Positions 44,120-60,457 of a stretch of 64,000 nt of DNA are shown here, in pieces; the stretch's first letter is position 1, and every line of letters begins with the position of its first letter. A program made the translations under genes and the position numbers. The stretch is from the human T2T-CHM13v2.0 reference genome, Homo sapiens: the NCBI RefSeq assembly GCF_009914755.1, contig NC_060929.1; one strand, written 5' to 3'. The notes under the pieces are model-generated. The model did no database searches, was not told the origin of the DNA, and was given only the letters and a program-made list of their open reading frames with translations.

Positions 44120-45110
44120 CTCCTGTTTATTTTTGCCAATTTTGTCAAAGATCAGTTGGTTGCAGGTTATATGGTTTTATTTCTGGATTCTCTATTCTGT
44201 TTCCATTAATTTATGTGTCTATTTTTACCCCAGTAGCAGGCTGTTTTGGCATGTAATTTAGAGTTGAGTAACATGATGCCTTCAGCTTTGGTTTTTTGTT
44301 GTTGTTTGTTTGATTTTGCTTAGGAATGCTTTGGCTATTCAGGCTCTTTTTTGGTTCCATATACATTTGAGGATTCTTTTTTCTAATTCTGTGAAATATG
44401 ACATTGATAATTTTATAGGAATAGCATTGAATCTGTACATTGCTTTGGGAAGCATGGTTGTTTTAATAATATTGACTCTTCCAATTCATGAGTGTAGAAT
44501 GTTTTTCCATTTGTTTCAGTCGTCTACAATTTCTTGCATCAGTGTTTTCGTTCTCCTTGTAGATATCTTTTACCTCCTTGATTAAATCTATCCCTAGGTA
44601 TTCTATTTTATTTTATCTTATTTTATTTTATCTGTAGTTATTTTTAGTGAGATTCAGTTCTTGGCTTGATTCCTAGCTTGATTGTTGTTGCTGTATAGAA
44701 ATGCTGCTCATTTTTGTGAATTGATTTTGCATCCTGAAACTTTACTGAATCATTTACCAAACGTAAGAGTCTTTCAGAGAAATCTTTAGGGGTTTCTGGT
44801 GTAAGATTATATTAATACTATTCATGAACAGAGATAATTTTACTTCCTCTTTTTTTTCCAAATTGGGTGCCTTTCATTCTTTCCCTTGACTGGTTGCTGT
44901 AGCTAGGACTTCCAGTCCTGTGTTGAATAGGAATGGTGAAAGTGGGCGTCCTTGTCTTGTTCGAGTTCTTACAGGAAATGCTTTCAACATTTCCCCATTC
45001 AGTATGATGTTGATTGTGGGTTTGCCATATGTGACTTTTATTATTTTGAGGTATGTTCCTTCTATGCCTAGTGTTTTGAGGGTTTTATTGAATGTTTTTT
45101 CTACATCTAC
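44120..45110 (-). mobile_element. Old L1 (L1PB/L1MA-like) ORF2 fragment
   Basis: Antisense L1 ORF2 motifs (gcattgaatctgt, aggacttccagt...gttgaataggaatggtgaaagtgggc, tttccccattcagtatgatgttg). Confidence 0.9.
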
Positions 45111-45560
45111 CTAATTACAAGCAGTGAAATTGAATCAGGAATAAAATAGTTTCCCAATTACAACACAAAGCCCAGTACCAAAGGGGTTCACAACTGAATT
45201 CTACCAGACCATACAAGGAAGAACTGAGACAAATCCTACTGAAACTGTCCCAAAAAGTAGAGGAGGAGGGAATCCTCCCTAACTCATTCTACAAAGCCAG
45301 CATCACCCTGATACGAAAGCCAGGCAGCCACAGAACAACAACAACAATATCCCTGATGAACATTTGATGCAAATATCCTTGATGAACATTTGAGGCAAAA
45401 TCCTCAACAAAATACTAACAAACCAAATCCATAGACATCAAAAAGATACTACACCACAACTAATTGGGTTTTATTCCAGGGATGCAAGGATGGTTCAACG
45501 TATGCAAATCAATGAATATGATTCACCATATACACAGAATTTTTAAAATCATATTTTATA
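45111..45560 (+). mobile_element. Inverted upstream segment of the same old L1 ORF2
   Basis: Sense L1 motifs (gaattctaccagac, atcctccctaactcattct, ggatgcaaggatggttcaac). Ends next to the L1 position where the minus segment stops. Confidence 0.85.
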
Positions 45561-45569
45561 TGATCTTGA

Positions 45570-47560
<1,991 letters not shown>

Positions 47561-49082
47561 AATATAAATAAAGACTAAAGCAAATAATATTTTTACCTAC
47601 AAAAGGTCATGCTTCCTCTTTCTGGCTGTTAATGTGTGGGTTATGTCAGTCTATTTCCAGGCTAGTCTATATTTGAAATGAGTCTGGGTTTTTTGTTGTT
47701 GTTGTTGCTTAAGTTAGATTCGTTTCACCATGAGCTTAAAATTATTTGACATGGGATTTGTAAACTTACAGCATGTGCCTCTTTTTTCTATCTCTCCTCT
47801 TTGTAGATGGATCCTACCTGGTATGCTGTAAAACACCTTAACAGGCTGTAGAACTTCTCTCATACTTTTTGCTTGTGATTTTGCCTTCAAACTTCAACAG
47901 GCCCCATGTGCTTCTGCCTCAGGAGTGTTTCTTTCAGCTTTCCTGCCCCATCTCCATCTATATAGCCATAGATAGTCACTGTTTCATAATCAGTAGACAT
48001 GGTTTAGCGTGTCCACAAGGTTCTCTAATTTCTAAGTCTATACCCTCAGACTTCAGCAGGCCCTGTGAACCTGTTTCATAGGTGGCTAGGGAGATGTAGT
48101 GGTACTCTCAGCTCTCCTCTTTCTTCCCCAGTGACAGCCAATAGCTTCTAGGTATTCATGGTAAATACTGGATTACCCATAGGGTTTTTCTAAATTTCAA
48201 GCCCCACCTTCAGATATTAGGAAGCCACATACTTTACCTTTGTCTCAGTAAGAGCCAGCTATCAGGCACTACCTCTAGTCTTTCTCAAAAACATTTGGTG
48301 AAGGCTTGCGGACAAAAATGTTGGTGCAGATATCATTTGTTCCTGTCATAACCTGGGATTCTAGACTGCCACTCCAATATGCATTCAGACTTTCACTTTT
48401 TGAAATGTATTTGGTTGCTTTTTATCAGCATTTACAGAATTTTCTACCCCTTTCAGGTGCTCTGTCGAGGAGAAAAGCAGAGATGGCTTCCTTCTTTCTC
48501 AGTAGGGGTTTGGCATTTTTTTGAATTTTTTTTAATTCAGCTTTCCAATGGGCTTCCATAAACTGTGATTTTGTAGGTTAGAATATTTTTATTATTTGGG
48601 TGGGAGTGACATTCTCTTGTGACTTTCTGTATCCTACAGGGAAAGATGAAGCTGGCAGATTGGAATTTTTATACAACTTTGTTTACTACTAATTGCTTTC
48701 TTACCTAGTGTATCTCACAAAGTAGAAATAGTCATAGCAAACATATGTTTAGTAATAATAATACTAACTAGCTCTTCATCTATGCAAAGCTCTATCTTAA
48801 GCATTTTAAATCTATTAACTCATGCATTCTTCATTGCAGCACAATCATTCAAATTCCAATATTATCCTTATTGTAATGCAAGGAATATGAGTTTCTAGAA
48901 GTTTGAGTAAATGACTCAATATGTAAATAACTCAAGTGACTCAATAAGACAAAAAAAAGCAACCAAATATAAAAATGGGAAAAAGAAATGAGTAACAATG
49001 AACATTAAAAAGTAAGCATAAATTGGTCATGAATATATGAAAAGATGTTCAACCGTATTATTCACATTATATTAAAACCATA

Positions 49083-49385
<303 letters not shown>

Positions 49386-49463
49386 CATAATAATATTGTT
49401 TCTTCCAGGTGAGCATATATCAAAAAGCCAGGCAATGACAAGTGTTGACAAAGATATGGGACA

Positions 49464-49773
49464 GGCCGGGTGTGGTGTCTCATGCCTGTAATCCCACCAC
49501 TTTGAGAGGCCAAGGCAAGAGGACTACTTGGGTCTAGGAGTTTGAGAACAGCCTGGGCAACATAGTGAGACTCTATGTCTACTAAAAATGAACAAATTAG
49601 CCAGGCATGGTGGTGTATGCCTGTATTCCCTGCTAGTCAGGAGACTGTGGTAGAAACATTGTTTGTGCCCAAGAATTCAAAGCTGTAGTGAGCCACAATC
49701 ATGCAACTGCACTCCAAACTCCAGCCTGAATGAAAGAGTGAGATCTTTTCTCACAAAAAAAAAAGGAATTAAA
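49464..49773 (+). mobile_element. AluJ SINE
   Basis: Diverged Alu. TSD AAAGAT(A/G)TGGGACA at 49450-49463 and 49774-49787. Confidence 0.92.
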
Positions 49774-51346
49774 AAAGATGTGGGACAATGAATACTTGCA
49801 TCTGATAATGGTGGACATATCTATTGATGCACCACCTGGAAATTAGCATGATAGCTCCAATTAATCAAGCTGAATATTTACATATCCTTAGCCAAACAGT
49901 GCTACTACTTGGTATATACTTTTGAGAAACTGTTGCATAAATACAACAAAGACTTACACATAAAGACTTTTTCAGAACCAGGATTCAAACCTAGACATTC
50001 TGACCTTCTAAATTTTTGCTCACAGCTATTATATTATGCTAAAAGTAGTCATAAGTTCAGTTGTAAGATTTCTCACACAAGTGAGATTCCTACCACACAG
50101 AAATCCAATCAATTCCCTGGTAGACCTTAGAAAAAACAGAAATATAGAGTGCAGATAGTTGAGACAGTATGACATCTAACTAAAAACCAGTCTCCAGGAA
50201 AATGAGGCACTTTCCAATTGAGTAAAGATGTGTGAATTCCTTCAACAGCAGAGTACCCCTATTAGGAAATAAACACCCATAACGAACTCTAATAGAACTG
50301 TTTAAGGTTCTGATTGGAGCAAAGTAGCCCACTCTTTTGTTTTAAGTGTTGCTTTTGGATGCTAACAAAGTCCTTCTCCCTTGGAGACAGATGTTGCATC
50401 TAGGAATTAGAGAAAACCTGTCAGTTTTACCTAGCTGAAATACCAATGCAGTTCTAAGTACTTAAACAGGGAAATCATTCTTGTTTGTCTGTATTTATAC
50501 AGAGCAGTCTTAGCATGTGTAATTAATAGATCATCCAGTAAGAAACACTCTTGTAACCAATTAAACTCACTATATTTGAATACACAAAACATTCCAGCCA
50601 ATGAACCATTCAAAATATTACTTTAAACCAATTTGGTTATAACTATTAAGCCTATTAATGAGTTCCAGAAAATCATGTCTTGGGAAAGTATTGGCAAGCT
50701 TTCTGTCAAAGGAATGCCTAGCAAAGTATTTTCCAATAATGTCCCAAGATACTACATTTCTTTTAAGTATTGTGTTTAACTATAGAATTATATTCCCTAC
50801 TGTCAAAGAATATTGCTTTATTTACCTAAAATTTCTATGAACTGCACCAAAATTAAGTGGCAATAAATTAAATTTGGTAACACCTGAGCTTCATATCTGA
50901 TAAGTAATTTGTTTTCAATGGAATACGTTCAGTCATAGCCCTATATTGTGGTATAAGCATTTGTGGAGGAAAATCAGTGCTTTAATCAAGATCAACTCAA
51001 ACATAATATTTATTGTTATTGCATGTAAGTGTGTGAAAAATGAACTGGGTGATAGTGCCATGTCAGAACTATTTTCCTCAACATTACCGCTAATCATCTA
51101 AACTTCATTAGGAACCAACTCCGGTACAGGTGGGAAAACATTTAGTTGTGTTCTGCTCTGCTGAGCCCATTCAAAATAGCTTTTCTGCCTCACTCCAGCG
51201 GTTTCATGAAGATGGGGATTGATCTGTGAATCTCTTGCATGGTATGTTTGAAATTTTTATATGAGTATAAAGTGTCAGGTGGTGTCAAATGCTCTAATTA
51301 CCAGGCAGCAGAGGGAGACTCAGTTGACAAGGAGTTACCATTTTTA

Positions 51347-52352
<1,006 letters not shown>

Positions 52353-53295
52353 GATACGACTCTGCTTTGATTTTTATGGACAGCAGGTCCTGTTCTTTAT
52401 TGCATGGTGAAGTCAAAGAAGCTAGTGTGGAGTCCTTGATTTAAATATTATGAATGGTAAATGAAAGCAAACTCTAGCACATGCTGATTCTGCTAAAAGC
52501 ACTCAGTTCATTGAACCTTCCTTGATTTCTTTCCTTTTTCATATTCTTCTCTCAACCTTCAGGATTCCACTTTCCTTAATAAAATGTAAAGGAAGCATCT
52601 ATCCATTTGTCTGTTCAATGGGCTACATCCTCTTCTAGCCACTAACAAAGTCAATCTGTTCTCCTCCAGCACCCAGGTACACATTCCAAACAGTATTGGT
52701 CCATGAGCCAAGAGTGAAAGAAATGCCTCATGGGACCATCGTGCATGAGGATACATTTGTAAGTCTCTTTTTCTCTTAAACTCAGTAATGCCACAAATTA
52801 TTTAGCAAGAAATGAAGCACCAAGTTAAATGAGACATGTTCATTTCCTAGATATTTTCCTGTTTACCCTTTCTATTGTCACAGTCCATCTAATGAGAGTC
52901 TACGCTAACACTGCTAAGCCCATGGATTTCCGTATTTTGTTAAGCCAGAACTTGGCACAGACATTTTTATATTGTGGAATCTACTCTACGTTGTACTGTT
53001 GAAATATTTTCATTGTCTGAAACTCACATCTTGTAGTTGTGGGAGTATGAATGTTATTTTCAGGTCAAATTGCTGTAGGATGGAAGCATGGACCCATTTT
53101 TGGTTTAATGCTAATTCTATTTTTGGGTTCTGCATTAAGTACCCATTGCCTCTGAGGTGATTATTTCCATTTTATTTTTTAAAATGCTGATTGTGAGTTA
53201 TATGTTATTAAATTAGCTTTATTTAAAAGCATTCTTACTTGTATAATGATATACTATGTTTGGAGTTCCAACTGTGGGCTTGACAGAGGTAATAC

Positions 53296-53779
53296 TGTTA
53301 AAGAAAACCTGTTCAATGACATTGGCTAAAGCACAGTAAGGCAGACTGTATTCCAGACCATCTCAACAGGTGCAGGGACTACTGCAACGGGGCTTTGCAC
53401 TCTGGGAGAGAGATTGGACTCAACTCCCAATACAGCACGGGCAAGTGGGAATTTATAGCCAAAGAATAGTGTGGTAGTCAGTGGATGGAAAATTATTAAG
53501 AGGAAATGTCAGGGGTGAGGAGGATTCTGACTAAACCCACCTAAGAGGATTTTTGCTGAAGACAGGCCAGTGTGATCAGAAATCACCTAGCAGATGGTGG
53601 AGGATGGGGAACCTGATCAGATATTGAAGATGATCAGATACTGAGAATGGGATGTTCTTGCTAAAGTGACTTAACAGAGTTCTTTTCTAAAGCTGGATTT
53701 TACAAGCAAGTGCACAGATGTGCCTGGCAGAAGATTTAGAACACTGACTAAAGTTGGGCCAAGTAAATAATCTTTGTCA
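53296..53779 (-). mobile_element. MER31-type ERV1 solo LTR
   Basis: Minus strand begins TGACAAAGATTATTTACTTGGCCCAACTTTAGTCAG...CATCTGTGCACTTGCTTGTAAAATCCAG and ends TTCTTTAACA. Confidence 0.8.
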
Positions 53780-55984
53780 GTTTCAAGCATGTATTTCATA
53801 TTGCTGCTATCTTCCTTTGTGCAACATTAAAAAACTGTTGACACTTTATATTGTCATTATCTTTAATTTTCCAGGATACTATAAAATAACCAACTATTGC
53901 ATTATGAAAACATTACTCCTAAATTTTCAAAATAGGCTTAAGTAACTGCCAGTTATTTTTGCCCCCATTATGATGCTAAAAATAATCTTCTGAAGATATG
54001 GATATGAAAGTTTCGGAGCTCCCTTTCCACCAATTCATGAGTTTAATTTGTCCAATTCATCAAACAATAGGTGATGTGTGTTTCCTTTATCACCTCCAAG
54101 TTCATTTCCCATTATTATTCCATAAGTTACTTTGCCAATTTTTCTAAAGTTATTATGGATAAAATCAGATAGAGAGTAATTAGAAACTGATCCAGAGGTT
54201 TGTGGGAACTTGCCTAAATCTATTGAATAATTTTTCAATTCAGAGTGGCAAAAGCCATTTTGATGTTGGGAAGGCCATCTCATATTTTATTACTTCTCTT
54301 CATTTTACTGAAAAGATAGTTTTGTTTTTGTTTTTGTTTTTCTTTGTTTGTTTTTTGAGGAAATACGTAGAGTCTTTCTTTGGACATTTTCCCAAAGCAC
54401 AAGGATCTTTCTTGCAGTTTTGCTCTCCATTAAATTATAAATATATCATTGAATGATATTTTAGTACCATAGCCTAAACCTCAATTACTTAGATGCCCCC
54501 CCAAAAAAAAACAAAAAAAAAATTTTAAATGGTTTGAAGGAAAATTTGTCTTTAAGCAGTAAACTTTTTCAATATTAGTATGAATTAAAATTATAAACCA
54601 GAAAGCAAGAAAGTGTTTGAAGTATTTAACAGAATATTCATTTTTAAGCTCCTTAAAGCACTTGAGGAACATCTACTAACTTATTGTACTTACATACAAA
54701 TAATTGATGTGCTAATTACAAATCTTTCTTGTCTGGTTTCTTTCCTCCCTTTTCAACCCTAAAGCCTCATTAGCGAAGTTCTGCTACAGGTTTTGATGTT
54801 ATTACAGCTTCAGAAAACCCAAACCAAATGTCATGTGTCTTTTTCAAAAGAAACACAGCATGCATCATAGTGAACAGGACTCCTTCTGATTTTCTGTGAT
54901 TTCTGTGATGGAATTTTTATTTATGTCAAGATCAAGGTCAGCAACACATGATTTTGCTGCATAATCACAGTTGTGTGCAAAGAAAAGTTTACCAGCCTAT
55001 TTATTCTTTGATCTGTCCCACAAAAAAGGGAACTTAAAACTATAAAATTGCAACATTTTAGAATTGGAAGGTCCTTAGAGATAATCAAGCCCATCCCTTC
55101 TGTTTTAACTAGACTTGATGTAGAGGAAATTGAACCCTAGAGAAATTAAGTGACCTGTTAAAGGCTACCCATGTGAAAATACAGTTTATCATTATTCTTT
55201 AGACTGTAAAATTGATCCCTATCTTTGAGATTGGAAACTATCTCACAGTTACTCATTGCCTACTATGTGTCAGGCATAACTTAAGTGCTTTCCCAAAATA
55301 CTCTAACTTAAAAGACCCTTGAACTCAAATGGTTTGGCTATAACCATTTGTCCAAAGAGAAACCTGAAATTTAGGGACGTTGAGACAGGGTTACAAAGCT
55401 AGTAAAAGTTAAAATAGAGATTCAAACCTATGCAGACTAAAAACAGAACTCTTCGGATATCATGAAGAAAATACGATCTTCCATAAGATCGCCAAAGTCA
55501 ATTTCTTTCTCTAGGAAATTTATATCAGTAAGTGATGCTCATCTATTTGTTTCTCCATATTTTTGCCTTGTAAAACTTACCACTAATTAGCAGGTAACTG
55601 GAGGTGTTCAAACAGAGCTGACAGTCATCTATTAAAGAGTTTTGCAAATGTTGAGTAGTATGGATGTAGCTTCTAGGATGCTACAAATTTTAGGTTGTTT
55701 TTGAAATGACTTTCACTAGGATACAGTATTGAGAATAATTCTTACAGAGTTTCCAGTCCGAACCATATGTGCAATACCAATACAATTTCATAATTAAGGT
55801 GGTTTTATTGTGATTGTTCTTCAAATTGTATTTCAACGCACATATTTCTCTCCCAATTTCCTCTTTTTGTTTAGGTTTTGTTGGTTATAGCATCAGAATA
55901 GTAATAAGAATGTTATCATTTGAAAACCAGACATCAGAATATCAGAACTTTTTTTGTTTTCTAAAGAAAAAATATTAATAGTGC

Positions 55985-56490
55985 CATTTAGCCTGGGTTT
56001 TCCCTGGTTTCCAAAGCAGAAAATGAGGCAAAGGTTTATGTGCAGGTAGTTTATTTGAAAGAACACAGTAAGGGATGGGGTGATAAAACATAGAAAGAAA
56101 AAAAAGTACTAGGATGATTGTCAAGTTGGACACTGAGCTTGGTGGTTATGGAGACAGAATTTAATCTCCTTCCTTTACCTTCTGAATAGCCATATGATAT
56201 GCTTCTCAGAGGTATCCACCTGGGGTGAGAAGATGGGAGCATTTATCCACATGCATTTGTCTCTTATGCATTTTCTGGTTGTACAAGGGCGAGCACTGAG
56301 TGGATTCCCACAGGTTCCCCACTCTGTGTTCAGAGAAGTCCTAAGATAAGAAGCAGGAGGAACACCAATGTGAGCTCAGGGCAAGTCCCTTTACATTGCA
56401 TCTGCCCAAAGTTGGTAAAAGCCTGCTCAGAACAGGTCACTGTGAAGCAAGAGGAGGTCAAGAGGATTCACAGAGAAATACAAGAGAGGT
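55985..56490 (-). mobile_element. Old ERVL-type LTR (LTR16/LTR33-like)
   Basis: Only the left end (gggttttccc...aagcaga...tgaggcaaagg...tgcaggtagtttatttg) resembles recalled LTR16-like ends. Extent uncertain. Confidence 0.45.
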
Positions 56491-57117
56491 CCATTTCAAA
56501 TGCTGATTATACCTTTCCATTTTATTCCTCATCCTATATTTCTGAAAGACAGAGAAGCAGATACAACACAACAGGAAGAGAATCTACAGCTTTAAACTAA
56601 CAGGTACCCTCCAATTTGAAGCATGACTTGCTTACTTAAATTCAGAACTAACTGGTTGTGTTGTGTGGAAAGATTCGTCGGAAATGTCATAGGGAAAGGA
56701 AGACAGTCTAATAGACTCATGGGATCATAGAAATAGAAGGGATATGAAATGTCGTTTAGTCCATATGCTGCCCTGAAGCATTAACTCACAACATATTTTA
56801 TTATCTTGACATTTAAATATAGTCAATTGCCACAATTACTTTTCAGAGCAAAGTTTTACTTACTTTCTTGGATAGACTATCAGTGCTGATTGCTGGAGCC
56901 ACAGAATAAATTCAAAAAGTTGTTTGAAGAGCCCAGGGCTACCAAATTACCTTTTGCAGGAATACAAACTCTTACTTATAGATAAGATTATTCCATGACT
57001 AAGAACTCAACAAATAAGTTACAGGTGAAAGGCCAGGAGCATTGCATATATGTTTTCCAACAAAAACCTTCTATGATCTTTTGTTTAAATATTAATTCAT
57101 GGTAAAATTCACTCTGA

Positions 57118-57399
57118 TTTTTTTTTTTTTTTTTTTTGAGGCGGAGTCTCGCTCTGTTGCCCAGGCTGGAGGGCAGTGCAAGCTCCGCCTCCCGGGTTCA
57201 CGCCATTCTCCTGCCTCAGTCTTCCGAGTAACTGGGACTACAGGTGCCCGCCACCACGCCCGGCTAATTTTTCGTATTTTTAGTAGAGACGGGATTTCAC
57301 CATGTTAGCCAGGATGGTCTCGATCTCCTGACCTCATGATCTGCTCGCCTCAGCCTCCCAAAGTGCTGGGATTACGGGCATGAGTCACCGCACCTGGCC
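57118..57399 (-). mobile_element. AluY-like SINE with ~19-nt internal deletion
   Basis: CpG-rich antisense Alu. TSD TCTGATTTTT at 57113 and 57400. Reads cagtg|caagctcc at ~57178. Confidence 0.93.
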
Positions 57400-60142
57400 T
57401 CTGATTTTTTTTTTTTAACTCCAGTCCTTAGACATAAATGAAATCAACATACCCACTGGCGCTTTCAGTGAGTTATGTACATCTCATTTAGAATCTCCTC
57501 CAGAAATCTTTTACTGCCTCCTCCTTGGGCCCATATTCTTGGAATTTTTTGTTTGCAATCTATGTGTACCACTTCAGACTACATTCGACAAAACACATAC
57601 ATACATACAGGCATATGTACATGCATGTATACATACAAACATGCATGTATTTGCTCCCTTAACTTAAAAAGTTCATAGAATTTCTAGCTTTAGTCATGGC
57701 TAGGACCAAATGTTCAGGTGATATCTCTAGGATCCTCTCCATCTCTTAACTCTGCTTTCTCCATGGTGGCTTAATTTCCAAATATGAGTGAGCACCAAGA
57801 ATTTCAGATGTATGTTCCATCAGCCTGATAAACTCAGTGGCTCTAGAAAAAGTCCCAGAAAATACCTTGATGGGTTATTGTGATACTTGTCTATTCTTGA
57901 GGCCGGGAAAATGGAATGATTCAATTGTCCAGGACACATGCTGACTCTTGGAACAAGAAGGTAGAGTAACCTCCTTCCTGGCTACATAGACTGACATTAG
58001 AGGGGCCAGTGAATCTTTAAAAGTAAATGTGAGTGTTGTTACCAAAAGAGGAATGTTGAAACTGCAAAAACAACAGGTGTATCCTCATATTTTTCTCATG
58101 ACATGTGTGGTTGCAGAAAGTCTGTTCTTCATGGGTCCAGAAGTTTCTTGAAGGCAGAGGCTGTTTCTTGCTCGTGTTATAGAAACTATTATCTACCAGA
58201 GTGCCTGGCACTCAGTACTGATTAAAAATAGAAAGACTCTTATGTATTCTAATTAAAGATACTACAGCAGTGTCACTCAGTTTAGTTTATTTGTAAGATA
58301 AACCAAATACTTTAAAACGATATATGACAAAGAGCTTCATCTAATTCAGATTACACCATCCAAGATCAAATAATAAGATATCTGCCCGCCAGAGGAAAAC
58401 AAACAAATGCCTTAAGATAAATAGTAACAGTACTTTTGAAATCTGCTTCCATTTTCATACTCAAAACATATGGTTATCTATAGTAATTCTGCTGCAGACT
58501 TTTGTGCTTGTAAATAAAGTAAATGTGCAAATTAATAAAATTCTATCATGCTTCATCATGAATAATGAATAGTTACAAACTCTTCAATGAAAAAAGTAGA
58601 TTTGCTGTATTTTAAGCATTTCAACAGAAACAGAAGTGGGAATCCATTAATATTTAGTCTATATTTTTTTCTTTGTGTTTGATCTGTTATAGAAAACAAA
58701 CTGTAATGTTGTTAAATAAAATGAATGCAATTGAGTGTACGCAGGTATGGACATTCTCCTACCATCACATCTTATCTGTCATTCACATGAGGATAAAATA
58801 ATGTCTCCTGCTTTAAAAGAAAATTTCCAAAGTGCTGAAACAATTTTACACAATTCATGGTGAATGTAAAAATAACCTACAATAGGGTCTTATGCCAAAT
58901 TAGGCAGCACTTTAGAGAAGCAGGGAATAAAGGCTCAAAGTGAGAGGGAGCTGGGAAGGGAGCATTCTCCTCCTTGTCAGAATAATTGGTTCATTAAATG
59001 GAAGGAAAGAAGGGGAAGAGATAAAATGGGAGGAGAGTTCCCACTATTAAATATGTATTGCACAAGGTCTCTCTCAACTTGCTTTGCAGCATCACAGCTA
59101 ATGTACACAGACCCTAATAAGCAACAAAGTGAATAGGGAGCTGGACTCCCAATTGTTCAGTTCTGTTTTTTCCAATGATAAAGAGGAGGGTGCACTGGTT
59201 TCCCTAATCCCAGGGATCAGGTCCCGAAGCTAAGCAAAAGGAAGAAAGGACTGATTAAAGCCACAGCAGTCAAGACCTTTGTGCAGTTGTGATATGTGGG
59301 TGTATACAGACACATGCCCAAATAAAGAGCATGCATGTGGTCAGTGGAGTGCTGCGAGAAAGCCTCTGGGTTGAATAGTGCCATTATAAACATAAGTCAT
59401 TATTAGTAACCAGCATAAATAGGTTGGCCTGTCATGGGGTTAAGATCTGTGATCTGCTGGGACTTGCTACTCTTCAGAGCAAGGGGATGCAGCAGCTGTG
59501 TGACAGCAAAATCTGTCTTGAGAATACATCCAAGGGCCCATGGAAAAGTGGTTTCTCATAGACATGGTCTTTAATTAAAGTGGTTGTTGTAGAAAGAAGG
59601 TCATCAATCAGAGGTGACCCTTGGATCGAGTTTTGATCTCCAACTAACTGTTCAGTTTTATTCAAGGGACAAAGAGTCAGGAGGGGACCAGAGGGAATAA
59701 TATCAAGGCAGGAGACACATTTACTTCTGATGTGCAAAACCATAAAAGGTTCAAAGTTTGGGTTTTGGTTCAAATAAAATCCTAAGGGTTCAGATGGTTT
59801 TCTAAACCCTCTGAACCTCATGAATGTAGAGAACCAGCTGAAAGAAATCTCGCAAGAGCACAACGGTCCTTGGCATGTTTGGCCACTTCACTCAAAAATC
59901 TGGCCAGAAAAATACCATCAGCAATTTAGGCAAGTCCAGCCAGTTGACAAAGAAAAGTGTGCCTTAAGGGCTGCTTTCCCAGATCATAGCTACTATTTGC
60001 CTAAGGAAAATGAGAGGAAAATTGAAGGCATGAATGTGGCACATAGCATTTACAATAGATCTGATTGGGCAGTGAGAGACTAGAAGGACTCACAGAGTCA
60101 TAGTTGATTGAGATTAAAAACAAAGCAAAAAAACCTCAGAAT

Positions 60143-60457
<315 letters not shown>

